Source of the DNA: Propionibacteriaceae bacterium | GTDB lineage: Bacteria > Actinomycetota > Actinomycetes > Propionibacteriales > Propionibacteriaceae | Reading direction: 5' to 3' | Length of the DNA stretch: 64,000 nt | NCBI GenBank assembly: GCA_052094425.1 | Contig: JBQDIN010000007.1 | Location: forward strand, 1,054-65,053 | Shown: piece after piece, positions 29,614-37,258 of the stretch | Numbering within the stretch: the first letter of the stretch is position 1 | Layout: each line of letters begins with the position of its first letter | Notes under the pieces: generated by a model | The model's database searches: none | The model's input: only the letters and a program-made list of their open reading frames with translations | What the model was told of the DNA's origin: nothing | Position numbers and translations under genes: made by a program

Positions 29614-29625
29614 GGCGCCTCCTAG

Positions 29626-29647
29626 TGTCCCGGACATGTCCCGGACA
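29626..29647. repeat. Tandem 11-bp palindrome (TGTCCCGGACA)x2
   Basis: TGTCC-C-GGACA repeated head-to-tail just upstream of the serine hydrolase RBS; runs into GACAATTGTC. Confidence 0.7.
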
Positions 29648-29785
29648 ATTGTCTGATTTACCGCCCCTTCAGACGTCAGAATGACGCCTCGGTGTCCGTT
29701 GACACTCGGTCAGCCGACTGTTGTGCAGTTTAAAACCTCGCACCGCGATCGGTCAGTGACGAATTCACCAACACTTCAGTGAGCG

Positions 29786-29803
29786 TCTGTATGGATCTAC
29801 GAA
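29786..29803. promoter_or_regulatory. 18-bp operator (island motif copy 2), between serine hydrolase 1 and PucR 1
   Basis: TCTGT-ATGGATCT-ACGAA. Confidence 0.5.
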
Positions 29804-29948
29804 CGCCGTGCCCGAACAATGTGGTGGCCACTGCAACATGCTCGCACCATCGTCATCGCTCTCTGCGTGGTGGAGCAGAGGGGTCGCATCACTAGTAGTT
29901 GGACTCTGATGAAGTACAGTGCCGGGCACTTGGTCCTAGCGTAGGAAG

Positions 29949-31604
29949 GTGCGGCGTCCGGTGCCCCTGCAATCCTCGGCCACCCTGGGGACCGTGCTCG
30001 ACAACTTGGGCACGACTCTGCTGCAGACGGTTGGCCGTAGCGGCGACCCCACCCGGGCCATTGATGGCGTCTTTATCCACGACAACGTCGATGACGCTGA
30101 GTACCCCAAGAATTCGCTGGTGCTCGGCGTCGGAATGCATGCCGCCCAAGATGTCGCGGCCCTGCTCGACACTCTCGGCGCGCAGCGGGCCTCGGCGTTG
30201 GTGGTGCGCGCCCCGGCCCCGTCGGGCAGGCAAGTCATCGACGCTGCTGCTGCCGCCGACGTGATGCTGTTGGAGCTGACCCGCGGCGCGTCGTGGACCC
30301 GCTTGGTCGAGTTGTTGCGATCAATGCTCCCCGAGGGCGGTCTGGGCCTGACCGACTCGGGGACCCTTGCGGACATGCCATCGGGCGACCTGTTCGCGGT
30401 GGCCAATGCAGTCAGTACTCTGCTGGATGCGCCGATCACCATCGAAGACCGCAGTTCTAGGGTTATCGCCTTCTCTGCGAACCAGAACGACACTGACTCA
30501 TCGCGGAAACAGACGATTCTCGGTCAGCAGGTACCCGATCGATATCACAACGAACTGAGCGAGCGCGGGGTGTTCCAGGCGCTGAACAACTCGGACGATC
30601 CAGTTTACATCGAGCCGCTGACCGCTGGGGATGGTGAGTACGAGATGCCTCGGACCGCCCTGGCCGTGCGCGCCGGAGATGAACTACTCGGCTCACTTTG
30701 GGCGGCCGTCAGTGGTCCCCTTTCTGCGGAACGCCAGCGTGGATTCCAGGACGCGGCCAAGGTCGTCGCACTTCACATTCTGCGGCTGCGGGCCGGCGCC
30801 GATGTCGGCCGACGGCTGCGATCCGACTTGGTCAGTACGGCCTTGGAAGGTGGCACTGAAGCACCGGACGCCATCGGGCGTCTGGACTTGAACGGGCAGA
30901 GCGTGGCGGTGATGAAGTTGGGCTCAGTCGATCCGGGTCCCGACACGGCGATCGGTCGGGGCGCCGCCGAAAGTGCCCACCAACGCGAACGGATCGCTGA
31001 TGCTCTCACCATGCACCTCGACGCGCTGCATCCGCGATGCGCCACTGCGCTGATCGGGGACGCGACGTACGCGATCGTGCCGGTGCAGTCCGACGGCGAC
31101 GACCCCGAGACCCAAGTCAAACGCATTGCCGCCGAGTTCGTGGAACGTACCGGCGACCGGTTCTCCCTCGTGATCGGCGTGGGCACCGTCGCCGACGATG
31201 CGTCCCAGCTTGCCAGTTCCCGCCGGAACGCCGACCGGGTGACCCGGGCCCTGATCGCTGGGGGACGGGGCCAGCGGGTCGCGAGTCTGAGCGACGTGCA
31301 CATGGAGGTGCTCCTGCTGGAACTCCAGGATCGGCTCATCGCCGAGGGCGAGTCATCCACGGGGCCGGTCGAACGGTTGCACGCCTACGACCTGGAGCAC
31401 CGAGCCAACCTGACGGAGTCGCTGCGTGCCTGGTTGGACTGCTTCGGAGACATCCCGGCAGCCGCTGCCAAGCTGTTCATCCACCCCAACACGCTCCGCT
31501 ACCGACTGCAGCGCATCGCCGACATCGGGCCGCTCGACCTGACCGACAACCACGCGCGTTTCGCGGCGATGCTACAGCTCCGCATCATCGTCCGGACCCC
31601 GTGA
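29949..31604 (+). CDS. PucR/CdaR-family transcriptional regulator, paralog 1
   Basis: DAPITIEDRSSRVIAFS (GAF-like), C-terminal HTH_30 LRAWLDCFGDIPAAAAKLFIHPNTLRYRLQRI. Confidence 0.92.
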   Translation: MRRPVPLQSSATLGTVLDNLGTTLLQTVGRSGDPTRAIDGVFIHDNVDDAEYPKNSLVLGVGMHAAQDVAALLDTLGAQRASALVVRAPAPSGRQVIDAAAAADVMLLELTRGASWTRLVELLRSMLPEGGLGLTDSGTLADMPSGDLFAVANAVSTLLDAPITIEDRSSRVIAFSANQNDTDSSRKQTILGQQVPDRYHNELSERGVFQALNNSDDPVYIEPLTAGDGEYEMPRTALAVRAGDELLGSLWAAVSGPLSAERQRGFQDAAKVVALHILRLRAGADVGRRLRSDLVSTALEGGTEAPDAIGRLDLNGQSVAVMKLGSVDPGPDTAIGRGAAESAHQRERIADALTMHLDALHPRCATALIGDATYAIVPVQSDGDDPETQVKRIAAEFVERTGDRFSLVIGVGTVADDASQLASSRRNADRVTRALIAGGRGQRVASLSDVHMEVLLLELQDRLIAEGESSTGPVERLHAYDLEHRANLTESLRAWLDCFGDIPAAAAKLFIHPNTLRYRLQRIADIGPLDLTDNHARFAAMLQLRIIVRTP

Positions 31605-31663
31605 CAGCCGACGCGCCGGTCAGCTAGTGTCGTGTGTCATTAGACGATTGACTCCTTTGTGGG

Positions 31664-32902
31664 TCACGGCGCCACGTCGACGGCTGCGGCGATGTTGATC
31701 ACTCTTGAGCCTGCGGGCACGTCACTGCCGGAAACGGGAGTGCCGGTACTCGCCAGGAGCGCGGTGAGCTCGGACACACTGGGCTCGGCCCCGAACTTCT
31801 CACGCAGTACGGCGTAGGCGCCGGCCACCTGCGGTGCGGCGAAGGATGTTCCGCGGACGAACCACCAGCCGTGGTCCCGGTACGGCAACATGATCTTGTT
31901 ATTGCTGGCAAACGTTCCGTCGCCGACCGGCGCGTAGAGCTGGATCGCGCTCGACCGCTGGGTGTAGTTGGTGAGGGTGTCGGAGGTGACATTCGTGGCG
32001 CCCACCCGCACGATGTTCGAGCCGCAGTTCCAGGTCCCGGTTCCGGTGATGCCGTCGTTGCCGGCCGCCATCACCACGGCAATCCCCTTCTGTGTAAGGC
32101 GTCCAGCCGCCTCGTCGACCTCAAGGCCGGCGCTCGGGCAGGCGGATCCGTCAGGGAGGGGTCCGCCTGAGACCGAGAGGTTGATCGCCGCGATTCTCTC
32201 TCGGTACTCGCTGCGCTCGGCCAGTACGTAGTTGACCCAGTTGAGGGCGTCGACGACCGAGGCGTGAGGCCATCCCAGCTCGGTGCCCGAGCCTCCGCCG
32301 ACCTTGATCTGGTACACCTCGGCGCCCACGGCTGCACCGGCGGCGTGGTGGATCCGCCCGTCGGACTCGTTCCGAGTGCTCGGCTGGCCGACGACCGCGC
32401 CGGCCGAGCCGGTGCCGTGCCCGTTGTGGCAATAGCCACCGTCACTGTCCGTACAGGTGTTGAACGGCGCGTTCCCTGGCTCCGAGGAGCCGGCGGCCGA
32501 GGAGAAGTACATCGGATCCGCCCCGGGCCAGCTCGGCTGGGTCGTCGAGCCGGGGGTGCAGAGCGACGGCCACGGGGTGGCACCGATCTCCTGGCCGATG
32601 CATGCCTCGCCGGCGACCTTCGACTGACCGGTGGAGTCGGTGAACTGGCTGTTGCCAGCGGTGAAGGCACCGTCGATCACGACGACCACCTTGCCATTGC
32701 CGTCGTAGGCCGCACCAGCGGCATCGGTGTAGCGGCCATCCAATGAGCCGCCGAGGTTGTAGGCCGTCGCGGTGGTCGGGTCGCCCTCGACGGCTTGCGC
32801 CGGGCTCACGTTGCCCACCGCCGCCATCAGCATGCCGGCGGTGACTGCAGCAAGCATCTTGATCATGGGCGTCTTGATTCTGGTTGACTGGGTCATGGAC
32901 AT
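31664..32902 (-). CDS. Secreted S8 subtilase without apparent pro-domain
   Basis: Signal peptide ending AQA; Asp (VVVVID), His (HGTGSAG), oxyanion Asn (AAGND), Ser (GTSFAAP); RBS AGGAAGG. Confidence 0.9.
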   Translation of the reverse strand: MSMTQSTRIKTPMIKMLAAVTAGMLMAAVGNVSPAQAVEGDPTTATAYNLGGSLDGRYTDAAGAAYDGNGKVVVVIDGAFTAGNSQFTDSTGQSKVAGEACIGQEIGATPWPSLCTPGSTTQPSWPGADPMYFSSAAGSSEPGNAPFNTCTDSDGGYCHNGHGTGSAGAVVGQPSTRNESDGRIHHAAGAAVGAEVYQIKVGGGSGTELGWPHASVVDALNWVNYVLAERSEYRERIAAINLSVSGGPLPDGSACPSAGLEVDEAAGRLTQKGIAVVMAAGNDGITGTGTWNCGSNIVRVGATNVTSDTLTNYTQRSSAIQLYAPVGDGTFASNNKIMLPYRDHGWWFVRGTSFAAPQVAGAYAVLREKFGAEPSVSELTALLASTGTPVSGSDVPAGSRVINIAAAVDVAP

Positions 32903-33183
32903 CGTCTCGCCTTCCTGTCTCAGGGTGGGATGCGGCGACACGAATCGAGGTGTCACTGCAATCTCGTTTCATGCGTGCGGGCGGGCCCGAGTCGACCAGG
33001 CTGTCGATAGGAATGTGACCGGTGGCGGCTGGGACAAACAGTTGTCGCCGGTTCCACGCCCCCCGCCGGTGAGTGGAATCGAAACCAGCAACTCTGCCCG
33101 ACCATCTCGGCGTTCATGTCTTGAAAGTTAGTAGCGTCGTTGGCGCAGGACTTGTGGCTGTCGGACAGATTCTGGCGCTATAG

Positions 33184-33201
33184 TTCGTCTTCCCGGACGA
33201 A
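33184..33201. promoter_or_regulatory. 18-bp operator (island motif copy 3), between S8 protease and PucR 2
   Basis: TTCGTC-TTCCCG-GACGAA perfect inverted repeat, abutting TATAGT (33179-33184). Confidence 0.7.
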
Positions 33202-33304
33202 CGCCCCCGTGAACGAGGGCGCGAAGCCGAGAGCCCAAATAGCCGGGAGCCAAACCTCTACACCGACCGTTTACGTCATTCTCGAGGTGGTGCCAACATT
33301 GCCA

Positions 33305-34933
33305 ATGAGATCCCGTGCCAGCATGGGCCGCGCACTCGATGACCTCGGTACGACGCTCATCGACGTCGTGCACGGCAGTCCACGTCTAGACGAGGAGATC
33401 AACGGCGTCGTGATCCACGACCCGATCGACGCTCCCGACATCCCAGTGCGGTCGCTCATCTTGGGGGTCGGGCTTCATGACGAGAGAGAGATCGTCCGGA
33501 TAGTCACCCAGTTGGGGTCGGTCAACGCGGCGGGTCTAGTCATCAGGGCGCCGGTATCGGCCGACGCGTCGATTGCGGAGGCATCCGCGGCGGCCGGAGT
33601 GCCCGTTTTGGGGCTGACCCGGGGCGCCTCATGGGTGCAGTTGGCAGCCATGCTGCGCTCTCTCCTGTCAGACGACGACCTCGCGCCCGCTGGCGATGCC
33701 TACCTGGGCGGGATCCCGGCCGGGGACCTGTTCACTCTGGCCAACGCCATCGCCTCGCTGATCGATGCCCCGGTCACCATCGAGGACCGCAACAGTCAGG
33801 TGCTCGCCTTCTCCGGGCAACAGGGCGAGGCAGACTCGTCGAGGATCGAGACGATCTTGGGGCGCCGTGTCCCGGAGGCCTACTCCCGCCTGTTCGCCGA
33901 GCGGGGAGTGTTCCGCGACCTGTTTCGTAGCGACGAGCCGGTCTGGATCGATCCGCTGCCCATCAACGTGGACGAGAAGCCACGTGTTGCGGTTGCAGTT
34001 CGGGCCGGAGACGAGTTGCTGGGGTCGATCTGGGCCGCAGTTCCCGCGCCCCTCAGTGTCGAGCGCACTCAGGCCCTTCGCGAGGCGGCCAAGCTCGCCG
34101 CACTGCACATGTTGCGCGTCCGTGCCGGGGCCGACATCCGGAGGCAACTGAGCACGGATTTGCTGGCCACGGCACTGAAGGGAGGCGCCGAGTCGTCCGC
34201 AGCGTTGCAGCGCATGGGGCTGTCCGACCATTCCGTGGTGGTTCTGGCGCTGACCGGTCTGGAGGCCGCTGACGGCATCGCCTCCGAAGCCAACCTGGCC
34301 GCCGAGCGTGCCCGGCTCACCGACGGCTTCTCCATGCACCTCGGTACGGTGCACCCGCGCTGCGTGGCTGCTCTAGTCGGTGATGTCGTCTACGGGCTGC
34401 TACCCGTGAGCGGTGGTCATGTCAGCGGTGAGGACCGTGGGCTCCGGATCGCCCAGGACTTCCTCGAGCGGATCGGCAGCCGCTATCGGGCAGTGATCGG
34501 GGTCAGCCCGGTGGCCGAGACCGCCGCAGAATTGACGGCCGTGCGGTCCATAGCCGATCAGATCCTGCGAGTACTGCGGTCACGACGTCCAGAGGGATCC
34601 CAGTCCGCCCGGTTCAGCGATGTCAGCGTCGAGGCGCTCGTGCTCGACCTGCACGATCTGGCCGCAGCACGCGGAGATCGATTGACTGGGCCGGTAGCCG
34701 CCCTTGTCGCCTACGACCAGCGTCACAACAGCGATCTGGTTATCACGCTCCGCGCCTGGTTGGAGAGTTTCGGTAATATCCCGCAGGCCGCCGCCAAGTC
34801 ACACGTCCACCCCAACACCTTCCGCTACCGCCTGCGACGCCTCTGCGAGGTCGCCGATCTCGACATCGACGATGCTGATGCCCGGTTCGGTGTGATGCTC
34901 CAGCTCCGCGTGCTTGCCTCCGGCCTCCCTTGA
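33305..34933 (+). CDS. PucR/CdaR-family transcriptional regulator, paralog 2
   Basis: Colinear with paralog 1 (LDDLGTTLIDVV, DAPVTIEDRNSQVLAFS, HPNTFRYRLRRL); start inferred from alignment with paralog 1. Confidence 0.92.
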   Translation: MRSRASMGRALDDLGTTLIDVVHGSPRLDEEINGVVIHDPIDAPDIPVRSLILGVGLHDEREIVRIVTQLGSVNAAGLVIRAPVSADASIAEASAAAGVPVLGLTRGASWVQLAAMLRSLLSDDDLAPAGDAYLGGIPAGDLFTLANAIASLIDAPVTIEDRNSQVLAFSGQQGEADSSRIETILGRRVPEAYSRLFAERGVFRDLFRSDEPVWIDPLPINVDEKPRVAVAVRAGDELLGSIWAAVPAPLSVERTQALREAAKLAALHMLRVRAGADIRRQLSTDLLATALKGGAESSAALQRMGLSDHSVVVLALTGLEAADGIASEANLAAERARLTDGFSMHLGTVHPRCVAALVGDVVYGLLPVSGGHVSGEDRGLRIAQDFLERIGSRYRAVIGVSPVAETAAELTAVRSIADQILRVLRSRRPEGSQSARFSDVSVEALVLDLHDLAAARGDRLTGPVAALVAYDQRHNSDLVITLRAWLESFGNIPQAAAKSHVHPNTFRYRLRRLCEVADLDIDDADARFGVMLQLRVLASGLP

Positions 34934-34957
34934 CACGGACAGGACTCGGCCTCCCGG

Positions 34958-35529
34958 TCAGAGCCACGTGATGACCGCGCCCACGACGTCGTGGGCGTCA
35001 ACCAGATACCCGACCTCGATCGGGACCGGAAGGGCGCCCGGCGGCCTCCCGTCGGCCAGATCTTGTCGAGGCCCGCGACACCAAGCAGGCTGTCGCCGTA
35101 ACACCAGAAGTCAACGGCCAGGTGACTGAGCAGATGCCGGGCAACTCACCGGATCGCCGACGCATCGACCAGCACGCTGGCCATCAGGATTCGGCGGACC
35201 TCGAAATCCCGTAGTTTTGGACCTGCCTCAGGTTGGCTACTGCGATCGCCTGGGAGCCTGCCGCCACATGACCTCCGGCAGCATGGTGATCTTCGCGTGC
35301 GGCGCGTGGAGTACGCCTGCCTCGCGGCAGTACTGTGCCATCAAGGCGGTGTTCCACTCCAGTGCCGACGGTTTAGCGACATCAACGGCAGGGTGAGGTT
35401 ACCGGTCAGGCGTTCCAGCCCAGATCGGACAAGTGCTCGGCGTCCAACGGCCCAACCCGGGTTCCAGTCTCCTGGCTCGACCGGCGCGTTCTCGGACGTT
35501 CGAAGCACTGCGTGCTGTGTCGGCATCAC
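34958..35529 (-). pseudogene. Degraded D-serine deaminase/D-threonine aldolase-like PLP enzyme (alanine-racemase fold), not recoverable as a single ORF
   Basis: Segments in several frames: GNLTLPLMSL / LEWNTALMAQYCREAGVLHAPHAKITMLPEVMWRQ / AIAVANLRQV / FEVRRILMASVLVDASAIR*VA...DFWCYGDS / LPVPIEVG. The PHAK PLP-Lys motif lies within 35282-35308. Truncated after about a third of the fold. Confidence 0.7.
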
Positions 35530-37025
35530 GCAGCCCGGCGCCCCGCCGCGACCGTCCCCGTGATCGGGCGTCCGGGGTTGACGGCAGGATCGAGGACACC
35601 GTCACGTACGACGAACTGTCCATCCACGAGGACATGGGTGATACCCGAGGAGGGGATGGGTTCGTCCAAGCTCGCCCGGTCGCTGATTGTGCCCGGGTCG
35701 AAGGCGATCAGGTCGGCGTCGCAGCCGACCTGCACCCGGGCCTTGGCCCGCAGGGCGGGAACCGCGTCCTGGAGGATCTGGGCCGGGACTAGGGAACAAC
35801 GGCGCAGCGCCTCGGGCAAATCGAGGACCGCGCGATCGCGGACCAGCCAGCGGATGACCTTCGCGAAGGTGCCGAGGCTTCTCGGATGGGCCAACCCGCC
35901 GGGTCGTAGAGGCCACTCGCACGGGTCCGCGGTCCCGTCCTCGCGGACCACCTCCATCGAGTCGCTGGCGAACGCCGTGTCCGGCAGGAGGAACGACCTG
36001 GTCAACAGGTCCACCCCGTAGGGGGTGGACTCGTCTGCCCAGTCGAATACCACCTTCGCCATGGGCTCGTGCCGTCGCAGCTCCCGCAACTGCGCCTCCG
36101 AGGCAACCCGTTGTCCCGTCCGCAGGTGAATGATCGAAGACGGAGTGATGCCCAGACGCGGCAGGTTGACCGGATCGAGGAACGGTGCCGAGATCGAGGT
36201 CGCCGCGCTGCCGTAAGGGTAGGCCTCGGCACTGAGCCGCGCCCCACTGCGGCGAGCCGTGTCTACGGCGCCCGCGATCAGGTCGATCTGCCGGTTGGAA
36301 GTGCTGTGCAGATGGCAGATGTGCATGTGGGCGCCCGTGGCGGCACTCGCGGCGATCACCTCCAGAATTGCCTCCACCGAGGTGTTCGGCTCCCGGTGCG
36401 AGATGAAGCGGGCGTGGGTGAAGGTCGGCACCTGATGGCTGGCGGCCATCCGAGCGAGCTCGAGGTACTCCGCTCGTGCCGTCCCCGGGGCGTAGCCCAG
36501 CAGGATACCGATTCCGATCGCGCCCTCGTGCAGGGTGGTCTCGACGGCGTCCAGCAGCCGGGTGAGGTCGGTGCCGTCCCAAGGCTGCATCCAGTCGGTA
36601 CCCGCTGGGATCACCCCATGGTCGTCGTCGCCGGTCAACCTGGCACGAACCGCTGCCCATCCGGCGGAGAAGCCGAAGTTGATCGGTCGTCCCTGATCAG
36701 CAGCTGCTCGCAGGGCAGCGGGGACGTCCGCCCGGCCCGCCTCGAGGTCCAGTGCCGTCGTCACTCCGTCGAGGGCGTGAAGGCGCTGCCCGGTCAGGCT
36801 CTGGGCGTGGGAGTGCAGGTCGATGAAGCCAGGCGCGAGGACCAGTCCGGAAATGTCCACCACGCTGCGGGCGCGGAGCGGGCCGTCGATCACCGCGGTG
36901 ATACGTCCGTCGCTGACTCCAACCGATCGTGGTGCGTCGAGCCGCGTTTCCGGATCAACGACTCTGCCGCCCACCAACGCCAGATCCGCTTGGCCACGCT
37001 CGGGGTTAGGGCCTGTGAAGGTCAT
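35526..37025 (-). CDS. Metallo-amidohydrolase, D-aminoacylase/D-glutamate deacylase-like
   Basis: LAPGFIDLHSHA, LDGVTTALDLEAG, GILLGYAPG, EAYPYGS, ASDS, AHPRSLGTF, GCDADLIAFDP, GITHVLVDG. Confidence 0.85.
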   Translation of the reverse strand: MTFTGPNPERGQADLALVGGRVVDPETRLDAPRSVGVSDGRITAVIDGPLRARSVVDISGLVLAPGFIDLHSHAQSLTGQRLHALDGVTTALDLEAGRADVPAALRAAADQGRPINFGFSAGWAAVRARLTGDDDHGVIPAGTDWMQPWDGTDLTRLLDAVETTLHEGAIGIGILLGYAPGTARAEYLELARMAASHQVPTFTHARFISHREPNTSVEAILEVIAASAATGAHMHICHLHSTSNRQIDLIAGAVDTARRSGARLSAEAYPYGSAATSISAPFLDPVNLPRLGITPSSIIHLRTGQRVASEAQLRELRRHEPMAKVVFDWADESTPYGVDLLTRSFLLPDTAFASDSMEVVREDGTADPCEWPLRPGGLAHPRSLGTFAKVIRWLVRDRAVLDLPEALRRCSLVPAQILQDAVPALRAKARVQVGCDADLIAFDPGTISDRASLDEPIPSSGITHVLVDGQFVVRDGVLDPAVNPGRPITGTVAAGRRAA

Positions 37026-37120
37026 GTGCCACTCCCTCTCGAAGTATTGCCCACTCGCGCCGACAGGTCCGACACACGCTGGCACGCCGAGCAACACTAG
37101 ACGGGCCGCGCCCGCGGCGG

Positions 37121-37138
37121 TTCGTTCCCAGCGACGAA
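37121..37138. promoter_or_regulatory. 18-bp operator (island motif copy 4), between the D-aminoacylase and serine hydrolase 2
   Basis: TTCGT-TCCCAGCG-ACGAA; on the minus strand followed after exactly 21 nt by TAGTGT (37099-37094). Confidence 0.7.
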
Positions 37139-37258
37139 TTCCCGGACTGTTTTCTGATCGCCGGTGCAACCCAGACGCAGCGCTCCACCAGTAGTCTCGT
37201 CGCCATATCGGCGCGGGCATCCCGGGCCCGATCGTCATCACCCCACGACGGAGGCACT

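Noticed and set aside
31631-31648. Fifth copy of the island motif (CGTGT-N8-ACGAT)
   Set aside because: It is a weak match and lies between convergent genes, so it may be chance.
33140-33304. N-terminal extension of PucR 2 in the ORF track
   Set aside because: Alignment with paralog 1 starts near 33305, and the extension contains the promoter and operator.
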